A DNA stretch of 63,598 nt, counting the filler, from Reclinomonas americana ATCC 50394 (taxonomy: Eukaryota), in NCBI GenBank assembly GCA_048213135.1. It is 7 parts of 3 records of this genome, joined end to end, with 100 filler letters (N's around TTAATTAATTAA, not from the genome) between each part and the next. Parts side by side here need not be neighbours in the genome. Positions count along the whole stretch, not along the records: positions 24,777 to 36,038 come from PS015701.1; positions 36,139 to 48,648 come from PS015701.1; 5 more parts are not named here. The stretch is one strand, 5' to 3'. Every line of letters begins with the position of its first letter. Position 1 is the first letter of the stretch. Shown piece after piece: positions 25,436-36,270 of this stretch. Position numbers and translations under genes: made by a program. Under the pieces are notes generated by a model. That model was given only the letters and a program-made list of their open reading frames with translations. It searched no databases and was not told the origin of the DNA.

Positions 25436-28400
25436 TCACAGCTCCATGGTGAATCCACCCAGCCTCTCGCGTAGATCGCGCATCACTATCCTTGCCTCCG
25501 CCGCAGTTGGTCTGTCATAGAACAGCGACATGCATCTGCACAGAGAACGAGCGAAGTAAGCGGCGAGTCTTCTCTCCATCCCTCTTCTCCTCGCACGCAA
25601 CTGCACCCCCAACCGCAACATCCCGCTCGCTACATCCGCCGGCCACTCGCCCGCACTGAGGTCCGCTTCCTCGGCACCGTCCGCCGATTCCAGTGACCGT
25701 TCCCACCGCGCAGCCTGTCCCACCACCGCACGTGCGTCGCGACCGGTCAGCAGCTGGAGCAAGATGACACCGAATGCGTGCAGATCCATGGCTGCACGGA
25801 TCTCGCCTGCGCGGACGAACAGCGGGTCGATGTAGTACGAGGAGCCGGCGTGCTTGGCGGTGTGGTGGTGGGTCTGTGCGCGGGGGTATGAGAAGAGAAT
25901 GGCGAAGAGAGATGCATTCTCTGTTCGTGAACTCGCTCTCAAGTCACCGTCGCCACACATGCGAGAGTGAACAATGCCATTCTGTCTCTTTTATCTGCGA
26001 CGAGAAAAACGATGTGCAACTCAACCTCTAAACGCCGAGACAGGTGGGCACATGATTCTTTGTCTCTCACCCATCGCACAAATCACAGGTCTACGATCAA
26101 GGAGACGTGGAGAACGAGAGAAGTTCTCGGGCACCAGGGTTGTGAGACACAGAACAGGAACGGAGAAGTGAGCACTGGCAACAAACACGAATGCTGCCTC
26201 AATCTCGCTGCTGATCACTGCTGTGTCCATCTCTTCCATGACAGAAACGAAAGAATCCACTCGACAACGAGAGTGAGAGGTAGAAAGAAGACGTGCTCTG
26301 GGCCTTCCAACAGTAACTCAGCTCGGCGATACAACGTGCGCAGTGCGCCCCAAGAAAGAAGAGGAGAATCATTTTCCTGTGCTATCATCCATCTGCCGAG
26401 ACACTCACCTCCCCCTCATCGAAAATGCGCGCAATACCAAAGTCACCGAGGCGCGGTTCACACCGATTGTCGAGCAGAATGTTGGATGGTTTGAGATCGC
26501 GATGTACAACGCCGTTCTGAGAGGACAGAGTGAGTGTGATGGTCGAAGGGAAGAACATCTGGAGAGAGAGGGCGATGGCATCCGAGAATGCATGACACAC
26601 CAAAGAACTCGTCATCCGAGGGATGTTTGTGGGTGAAGTGGAAGAGAAGAAAGGAAAGATCGTCAGCTTGAACAATGAGCACCACATAACAAATGAGGGC
26701 ATCTACAAGTAAACTGTCGAGAGTGAGAAGCACGACGAGAGGAAAGACAAGAAACACACTACAACGACTGGCAACACAAAGACGCGAGTACTTACTCTCT
26801 GCTGACAACAACCAAAGACACAGCCTAATGAACAAAGAAGAGCCTGAAGAGCTCTCACAAACAAAAAACACAGACAATGATTGCGCTCGCCAACAGGGAA
26901 ACTGTTACCTCACTCACCTGATGCAAGAAACACATGCCCTCGACAATGCCGAGTCCGATTTGCACACGCTCCACCACCGTCAGTGGCTGCATGCCGGCCG
27001 CTCGCTTCATGAGTCGCACCTCCAGATCCTGTCCACTGTGTGCGAAGCAAGGGAGGTGAGGAAGAAGGGGATGCAGAGAGAAATGGAAAGAAGCAAAGAA
27101 GGAGACAATGCGCTTCGTTGAAGAAGAGTGACGATCTCTGGAAGGTGCTCATTGTGTATGGACCAGTGAAGATTCTATTAATTCTAGGAGAGAGAGAGAG
27201 AGAGAAAGAGACACAATGAGGGGAGGTGGAGAGCGAACAGCGGAGAGACAGATATGATGCAAGTAAACGGGAGTGAACAGAAGAGAATCAACAAACCAAC
27301 CACCTCGTCACACTTCCCCCACAAACTCACCGCATTGCTCGATACACTAGACATCGCCCTCGCACACCACCGCCCTCCACCAGCGTGGAGTATCCCAGCA
27401 GTGGAACAAGTCGACGATGATGCAGTCGTCCAATCGTGTTCAACTGGCATGAGGAGAAGTGAGCAACTGGCATGAGGGGAAGTGAGCAACAGCTTGATCC
27501 CATCTCCTTCTGCCTCAACGGACCTCGACATCGTACGACTCCATGGCCGATGGCGCAGCACCATCCAGTCGCTTGACAGCCACCTCTTCCTCGTTCAGCC
27601 AGCACATATACACCTCACCATGACCTCCTTCGCCAGCCTTCAGGTCGCTGGAGAAGGATTCGGTGGCGCGTAGAATGTCAGGCCAGGGGTATTCGCGCAG
27701 GCGATTGGGATCAGCGGCTGCAGATGGGGAAAGGAGAAAGAGAGGTTCAGAGTGACGGTACGCAGAGAAGAGGTGCATCTCACTCAGTCATACCTTGGAG
27801 TGTGGCCAGCTCGCGGCGCAGGCGACCGACCTCATGGGTGAGATCGACCCGCTCACTGGCGAAGACATGCGTCTGTTGTTCTAGCTGTGCGACACGCTGC
27901 TCCAATACGGCATTGGTTTGTCGAAGTTCCTCGTGCTGCCGCTCGAGTTGCTGCTGCTGCTGCTCTCGCTCACGGCGGTACGCGTCGTGTTCGCGCTGCA
28001 TTTGGGCGATGAATGCATCCTTCTCGGCGAGCTGACGGGCCACCGCGGCGGCGTCCAGTGCCTGCCCAGAAGCAGGGAGGTCGGCAAGAGTAGAGAGAAA
28101 AAGAGCGAGAGGAAACCACCAGAGATGGTACGCGAATGGACTGATACAGGAAGGAATGCGCAGATTCTTACCTGCCGCTGTGGCGAAGCTGCTGCTGGCA
28201 CATGAGCAACTTTGATGATGGGGACGGAGTAGGAACACAAAGTCGCGAAGTGCAGGTCAGCATTCGCAAAGGAGAGACAACAGCACACGTCAGAGAAAGA
28301 CCGGGAGGTGGAGGACATCGCGGCTGCTGTTGTTGTTGTTGACGTGGTGGCGCTGTTTGTGCAGCAAGGTGGTCGAGCAACTCGGCCACTTCCTGCTTGC

Positions 28401-29008
28401 CACACTCGCGTGCCCATTCAGCCGCCGTCTTGCCCTCATAGTCGACCATGGGAATGAGGTCGGGATAGCGAGTGGCAAGGAGTCGCACAATGGCTTTGTG
28501 GCCCCAGGCGGCAGCAAAATGCAGTGCGGTGGACTGTGGATTGTTGGAACGATCATTGGTGACCGCCCGCACCATCTCCGGTGGACATCGTCGGTCATCG
28601 GCAAGCAACCACTCCACCACTTGCAGATGTCCATTGCAGGCAGCCACCATCAGCGGTGTCTCACCACAGTCGTTGACCACTAGTGCGAGTTCCGGACCGA
28701 CACCACTCTCCTCCCACAAGAACTCCAACACAGAGATATGGCCTTGTTGAGCGGCACAGTAAAATGCCGTGCAGCCATCGTCTATCTCCTCTCTCTTCAG
28801 CAGAGTGCGCGCACCCTCACGTGCCACCAACTTGCGCAGTGCCTTCACATTGCCGTCAAATGCCATATCACATGCTTTCGGCCTGCAAAACACAACAAGC
28901 AGAGAGAGTGAGTGCGCACAGAGGTCGATCAGACACACACATTCACACACACACACACCTCCGAGCGCCACCACTGCCCCCCACAGCTCCACTCCGCGCC
29001 GCATTCAT
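25436..29008 (-). CDS. ANK-CC-IRAK/Pelle-like kinase, copy D
   Basis: MNAARSG..|[10 protein letters not shown]..; same exon structure; [12 protein letters not shown] and DFG intact; ends GGFTMEL*. Confidence 0.9.
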
Positions 29009-29409
29009 TCTCCCCTTGCAGCGAGATAGGAGATCGACAGGGAGTGTGTCCTGCAAGTTTCATTCCAAACTTTATGGTCTTCGCTTTTTTCCATTTCCGT
29101 TTCCCTCGCTCGCTCGCGGTTCGACTAACGCACACAGCCATAGAACTTCACGCGCGTGACAGGAAAAAACACACGGGCAAACAGAACTCAACAAAGTCGA
29201 CGTTCATCACGACGTCGCCCTGTCATTCCCTAATTCAATGAGTACCGTAAGTTCAAGCCTAAGTACAATACCCCTCGCCTCCCGACATATGAGGTTCCTT
29301 ATCGCACACCTTAAGTTATCGTGCTCGGCATTCCCCTGTTCTCATGTCGAACGCCGTTGCCTCGATGGCTGGGCACTGAAACCTCGCTCGGAGTCGCCAA
29401 GCGGGCTGC

Positions 29410-29542
29410 ACGCAGCGGTGACTGACCGCAGCCAATATCGACAGTCCTCCAGTCACCTGCCAACGGTGCAGGCGACAGCTGTGGCCACAAGCGTCGGAGG
29501 GCACCTGGATTGCAATGCACCTTCCACTCCCTTGTTGTCTCT
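29410..29542 (-). pseudogene. Decayed C3HC4 (IAP/MDM2-type) RING coding remnant just after the kinase stop (homologues at ~17435-17559 and ~21590-21718)
   Basis: With two frameshifts reads [41 protein letters not shown]. Confidence 0.55.
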
Positions 29543-32500
29543 TCACAGCTCCATGGTGAAGCCACCCAGCCTTTCTCGCAGATCACGCATCACCATCCTC
29601 GCCTCCGCTGCAGTTGGTCTATCAAAGTACAGCGACATGCATCTGCACAGAGAGCAAGCGAAGTGAGTGGTGAGTCAACTCTTCTCTCTCTCTTCTCCGT
29701 CGGACGCAACTGCACCCCCAACCGCAGCATCCCACTCGCCACATCCGCCGGCCACTCGCCCGCAGCAAGATCCGCCTCCTCGGCACCGTCCGCCGACTCG
29801 AGTGACCGCTCCCACCGCGCAGCCTGTCCCACCAGAGAGCGCGCCTCGCGACCGGTCAACAACTGCAGCAAGATGACGCCAAAAGCGTGCAGATCCATGG
29901 CTGCACGAATCTCGCCCGAGCGGAAGAAGAGTGGATCGGTGTAGTACGTGGAACCGGCGTGTTTGGCGGTGTGGTGGTGGGTCTGTGCGCGGGGAGAGAG
30001 GGGGATGAGAAGAGAATGATGAAGAGAGATATTCTCTGCTCGTGAGCTCATGGTCTCGCCGTGCTCTCAAGACAAAAATCTCCACCCATGCGAGAGTGCA
30101 GAACGACAATCTTTCCATTCTCTCTGCGACGAGAATAGTTGTACAACCCATCCTCTCAACGTGGAGATGCACGAGTACACGTTTACCTTTCTCTCACCCA
30201 CTGCACAAATCACAGGTCTACGATCAAGGAGACACGGAGTATGAGAGTAGTTCTCATGCACCAGAGTTGCGAAGGAAATGAATGTGGACACAGATGAGCA
30301 AGGCAATCACTCTCAGGAAAGGAAAAAGGGTGCACATGTACAACAAACATGAACGCTCCATTGATCACGCTGCAAGCACCTGCTAGGTTTCGATGACAGT
30401 CATGAAAGAATCCACTCGATAACGAGAGTGAAAAGTGGAAAGAAGACGAGCTCATCTCAGGGATCGGAATAATGAGTGAAACGCACACCAACAACAGCAG
30501 AAGAGAATCATCTTCCTGTGCAGTCATCCATCTGCCGAGGCGCACACTCACCTCCCCCTCATCGAAGATGCGCGCGATGCCAAAGTCTCCAAGACGTGGC
30601 TCGCATCGATTGTCAAGCAGAATGTTGGATGGTTTGAGATCGCGATGCACGACGCCGTTCTGAGAGGAGAGAGGAGAGAGGGTGACGAAGGAAGGAAACA
30701 TTTGGAAGGAGAGGGCGATGGTCTCCGAGAATTCATGATGACGGGAAGGAACATGCCATCCGAGGGAAGGTTGTGGGAGAGGTGGAAAAGAAGACAAGGA
30801 AGATCACCAACGCACGTGCGGTGCAAACACATAGCAAATGATGACATCTACAAGTGAACTGTCGAGAGTGAGAAGCACGACGAGAGAGGAGGCAAGAGAC
30901 ACAATCCAACGACTGGCAACTCAAGGAAGACGAGTACCTGCCCACTCTCCGCTGACAACAACCAAAGACACAGCCTGATCAACAAAGAAGAGTCGCTCGA
31001 TGTTTCCAAAGACACATACAATGATTGCTCTCGCCTATACGAGAGGTCGCGCAGGGAGTCTGCCGCCTCACTCACCTGGTGCAAGAAACACATGCCCTCG
31101 ACAATGCCGAGACCGATTTGCACACGCTCCACCACCGTCAGTGGTTGCATCCCGTCCTTCCGCTTCATGAGTCGCACCTCCAAATCTTGTCCACTGCGTG
31201 CGAAGCACGGGAGGTGAGAGGAAGAAGGGAACGCAGAGAGAAATGGAAAGAAGCAAAGGAGGAGACAATGCGCTTGGTTGAAGAATGACGATCTCTGGAA
31301 GGTGCTCATTGTTGTGCATGGATCAGTGAAGATTCAGGTTATTATTTCAAGGAGTGAGAGAGAGAAAGAGACACAATGAGGGGAGGTGGAGAGCGAACAG
31401 CGGAGAGACAGATATGATGCTAGAAAGCGGGAGCGAACCAACCGCCTCGTCACACTTCCCCCACCAACTCACCGCATGGCTCGATACACCAGACATCGCC
31501 CTCTCACACCACCACCCTCCACCAGCGTGGAGTATCCCAGCAGCGGAACAAGTCGGCGATGATGTAGTCGTCCAATCGTGTTCAACTGGCATGAGGAGAA
31601 GTGAGCAACAGCTTAATCCCATTCCCTCCTGCTTCAACAGACCTCGGCATCGTACGACTCCATCGCCGATGGCGCAGCACCATCCAGTCGCTTGACAGCC
31701 ACCTCTTCCTCGTTCAGCCAGCACATATACACCTCACCATGACCGCCCTCACCGGCTTTCAGGTCGTCGGAGAAGGATTCAGTGGCGCGTAGAATGTCGG
31801 GCCAGGGGTATTCGCGCAGGCGATTGGGATCTGCGGCTGCGTGACAGAAGGAGAAAGAAAGGTTTAGAGTGACGGTTCGAAGAGCAGAAATGCGTCTCTC
31901 TCACGCGCACCTTGGAGGGTGGCAAGCTCGCGGCGCAAACGACTGTTTTCATGCGTGAAATCGACTCGCTCACTGGCAAAGAGTTGCGCCTGCTGTTTCA
32001 ATTCACGCTGCAGCTGCGCAACACGCTGCTCTGCGATGGCGAGAGCCTGTCGAAGTACCTCATGCTGCCGCTCATGTTCCCGCAGCTGCTGCTCTCGCTC
32101 GTGTCGATATGCGTCGTATTCACGCTGCAGATGTGCGACACGCTGCTCGTGCTCTCGTCGCTGCTGCTCAGCTTGTCGCTCATACTCCCGCTGCTGCTGT
32201 TGTTCTCGCTCCTGTCGACATGCATCGTATTCGCGCTGCAGACTGGCAATGGTGGAGTCCTTGTCGGCGAGCTGACGCGCCATCGCAGCAATGTCGTCCA
32301 TGGCCTGCAAGAAACGCACGCAAGAGGGTGAGAGAAGAGTGAATCGAAGGCTGTCAGGTGGAGGGCGACTCACCCGCTGCTGCTGTGCGACTGAGGAACA
32401 ATCAAAAGGAAACGTCATCAAGCGATGGAACAAAAAACGCAGTCGCCAAAGAAAGGGCACACCTTGCTGATGAGATGGCGGCGCTGATTGTGCAGTGAGG

Positions 32501-33141
32501 CGGTCGAGCAACTGGGCCACTTGTTGGTGACCGTTGCGGCGTGCTCTCTGAGCCGCCGTCTTGCCCTCATAGTCGACCATGGGAATGAGGTCGGGAAAGC
32601 GAGCGGCGAGGAGTCGAACAATGGCTTCGTGGCCCCAGGGGGCTGCGAAATGCAGAGCAGTGGACTGTGAACTCAAGTGACGGTCATTGGTGACCGCCCG
32701 CACCATCTCTGGCGGACATCGTCGCTCATCGGCCAGCAGCCACTCGACCACTTGCAGATGTCCCTTGCAGGCAGCCGCCATCAGTGGCGTCATGCCATTG
32801 TCGGTGACCAACAGTGCGAGTTCCGGACCGACGCCACTCTCCTCCCACAAATACTCCAACACAGAGAGATGGCCTTCGTACGCGTGAGCGGCATAGAAAA
32901 ATGCCGAGCCGTTTTTACGCATCTCATCTCTCTTCAGGAGAGTGCGTGCGCCCTCACGTGCCACCAACTCGCGCAGTGCCTTCACATCGCCAAGCAAAGC
33001 CATCTCCCAAGCTTTCAGCCTGCAAAACGCAACAACAAGCAAAGAGAGTGACTTTGCACAGATCAATCAGACTGCAAACAACAGATCAAGGCACGCGCAC
33101 CTCTTTCCTCCACCGTTGCCTCTGTTCTGTGCAGCACTCAT
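29543..33141 (-). CDS. ANK-CC-IRAK/Pelle-like kinase, copy E (long coiled coil)
   Basis: MSAAQNRG..|[10 protein letters not shown]..; kinase exons intact; ends GGFTMEL*. Confidence 0.9.
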
Positions 33142-33529
33142 TCTTCACACACTCACAGGGCTCCACACACAAGGTTGATCACACGGCCCCGATCACAAGG
33201 GCAGAGTTGGCGGAGTGGCAACGAACGAGAAAGATGTCCTGCATGCGTTGTGGATCGTCGGAACATTCAGGGAATGAACGTCCTTTGCCAGCGTTGGGTG
33301 GTGCGGCAAGTACGACATGCAGAATGGGAGCACACGGGAGAGGGGGTATGACGTCGACGTCGACGATGCTGAAGTTTGTGCCGGTTCGGCGTCAGCTGAA
33401 AGTCGGCTCACCAGTGGCCACCAGAACTTGTGCTGACAAAGTTCTCATGCCTGAGCCCCATCAACAGTTTTGACTCAGACAGGAGGGATGTATCCATTGT
33501 CTGTTGTTGTTGTTGTTGACTTTACTTCA

Positions 33530-35331
33530 AAGCTTCTTGACGAGTCCACTCAGCTTCTCTCGGAGATCCCGCATTGCTGACAATGGAATAGCGGCGCGCA
33601 TCTACACAAAAGAATGAGAGGCATCCCTTTCCCATCTCTTCTCCTCACAGAGACGCAACTGCACACCCCCCTTCCAAAGTATCGGTTGTACTGATCGTTC
33701 CCGTCTGGCCTGCGCAGCACTTGCACCAGATTCACCTCGAGTGTAGTGCAGCGTGTTGGAGTTCGGCCAGTTCGCGGCGCAAGCGCTCGATTTCACAGTT
33801 TTGATCGGCAGACTTCTGGACAAGTGCCTGAGCTTGCTGCTCTACATCGCGTTGCAGCTGGGCGACTCGCTGCTTTGCGATGGCGTGCAACCGTTGAAGT
33901 TCTTCGTGCTCTCGTCGCTCATGTTTCCGCTGTTGCTGTTCTCGCCGTCGTCGGTATGGATCAATCAAGGCGTCATGCTCAGAGCTGACGCACCACGCGA
34001 CACCGTCCAATGGCTGCAGGGAAACAGGGAGGTGGGCAAGAGGGCGAGAGAGGGAGGGAGGGAGGATAGGAGGGAGGGAGGGAGAGAGAAAAGAGAGAGG
34101 AAGTGAGCGAAAGAGAGTGAAAGAGAAAGAAGATGAGAGTAAAAAGAGAGAAACGAGAGAAAAAGAAAGAGAAAGAGGAGAGAGAGAGAGAGAGAGAGAG
34201 TAAAGAAGAATCTGGAGATGCATGAGAGGAAGAGAGACAGAGGCAGATCTGAAAAGAGAATGCGCGCGCGAGAGAGAGAGAGTGAAGAACACGAGCGAAT
34301 GAGTGTGCAGTGAGTGTACGCAAGGGCATGCATGGGACAGAGACAGGCAGCCAAAGAGAGATAGTGAGTGAGATAAACGTTGAGAGAGAGAGACTGACTG
34401 ACAGACAGAGAGAGGAGGGGGGGGGGAGAAAGACAAAACAGAGAGAAAAAGAAAAGTAGTGCGAGAGAGAGAGAGAGAGTGACAAGTAGCGTGCTCACAG
34501 ATGATACACGAAGGAACTTGGTCGCAAAGCACACGCAGTGTCTCACCTGACGTTGTGGGGACGCTGCTGTGGGTTGGTTCGGGAAATCGCGACACGAAAT
34601 GCAAAGTCAGGAAACGAGAGACAACAGCTAATGAAGACAACGAGAGACAAATATACCTGGAGGTGGAGATCGCGGCTGCTGTTCTTGTCGATGTGCTGGT
34701 GCTGGCTGCGGAGCGAGGCGATCGAGCACCTCGGCCACTTGGTGGTGGTCGTTGTCGCGTGCCACCTCAGCCGCCGGCTTGCCTTCCTTGTCAACCATGG
34801 GTACGAGATCGGGGAAACGAGTGGCAAGGAGTTGCACAATGGCTTCGTGGCAACTCCAGGCAGCGAAATGCAGTGCAGTCCACTGTTCATAGTCGACTAC
34901 CTCTGACGCACATCGTTGCTCATCGGCCAGCAACCATTCCGTCACATGCAAATGTCCTTGCTCGGCAGCTACCATGAGTGATGTCATGCCATAGTCAGTG
35001 ACCAACTGTGCGAGTTGTGGCCCGACGCCACTCTCCTCCCACAGAAACTCCAACACAGAGAGGTGGCCTTTCCACGCGGCACAGTAGAATGCCGAGGCGC
35101 CCTCATCCATCTCCTCCTTGTTCAGCAGAATGTGCGTGCCCTCATGCGCCACCAACTCGCGCAGTGCCCTCACGTCGCCGTAATAAGCCATCGCACATGC
35201 TCTCAGCCTTTTACCATGAAGCAGCCAGTGTGCGTTCCATAAGACTGACATCGAAACAACGAATTGCACATACACACGCACCCCTCATCGCCACCACGTG
35301 CATCCTTGCCTCTCCTCCGTGCGGCACTCAT
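33530..35331 (-). pseudogene. Kinase-less copy F (ANK + degenerate coiled coil + kinase C-terminal remnants); pseudogene or decoy
   Basis: Open ANK exon ~35206-34657. The coiled-coil frame stops at 33732. Only AQARRERSV..GVQLR and MRDLREKLSGLVKKL* remnants follow; N-lobe, HRD and DFG exons are absent. Confidence 0.75.
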
Positions 35332-35624
35332 TCTTGAACACACAAACAGCTGACAGCGTTGTCCTGCAAGATTGTTCCGACGAAGTCACGTCACGCTTCA
35401 TTGCGAAGCAGTGGTGCGTCTTACGTAGCAGACGCACGAAGCCAACAGCAAGTGCACTTTACCGACTGCGACGTTTCCATCTCCTGCTTGAGATTGACCT
35501 GGCTCGTTCCGACACCTCGCGATCGGTCTCAGCAGCCGTAGCTGGTTAACGTTGCTCTGCAGTCAAGTGAAATTCACAGCCAAAGAGGCTGCGCTGGCCG
35601 CCGAACGCGACCTCGTGTTCATCT

Positions 35625-35745
35625 GCAATGGCCACTCTTACTTGCGCTGACAAAGTGCTGATGCCTGAGCCCCATCAACGAGGATGCATTTCTCTGCAGC
35701 TGCGTTGTCTGCATGACTTCACTTTAAAGCTCCTTGAACTGGGAA
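35625..35745 (-). pseudogene. 3'-end remnant of a further array copy
   Basis: cttgcgctgacaaagt..atgcctgagccccatcaac and actttaaagctccttga match 33415-33540 (copy F terminus/3' flank). Confidence 0.65.
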
Positions 35746-35822
35746 AGGATGGGATGCATGAAGGGTCCTCTTTGTCATGCAATGCATTTTTCCGACTTAC
35801 TTTTTTGTTTATCTTTTCTCAC

Positions 35823-35944
35823 ATGTCGATTGCTGAGGATCTCGCCGGTCACTTTGTGGAGGTTCCTGCCACGCAGATTGGGCGGGTTATTGGTGCAGTT
35901 GCGGTTTTTTGTGAGAAAGGAGAGAGGGAGGAGATTGGGGAGAA

Positions 35945-35992
<48 letters not shown>

Positions 35993-36238
35993 GGAGGATA
36001 CTCCGACATTGCTAGTTGACGTGAGTGACATGATCCTANNNNNNNNNNNNNNNNNNNNNNNNNNNNNNNNNNNNNNNNNNNNTTAATTAATTAANNNNNN
36101 NNNNNNNNNNNNNNNNNNNNNNNNNNNNNNNNNNNNNNGTTAGGTACCTCTGTAGTCGTCTCTCTACTCTCTGTCTCTACTTTACCGTTCCTTTCGTTCT
36201 ACTCTTTCTACGTCTCAGCCTCGTGTCCTCCTCTCCTC

Positions 36239-36270
<32 letters not shown>

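Noticed and set aside
12797..35331. A-B-C and D-E-F as two alleles of one locus
   Set aside because: Pairings do not match (A vs D, B vs E and C vs F differ in coiled coil, introns and kinase presence). Tandem paralogues are favoured, but long reads are needed to exclude this.
11937..35331. Diversity-generating retroelement or recombinase-driven diversification of ANK exons
   Set aside because: No reverse transcriptase, template repeat, recombinase or signal sequences seen in this window; duplication plus selection suffices.
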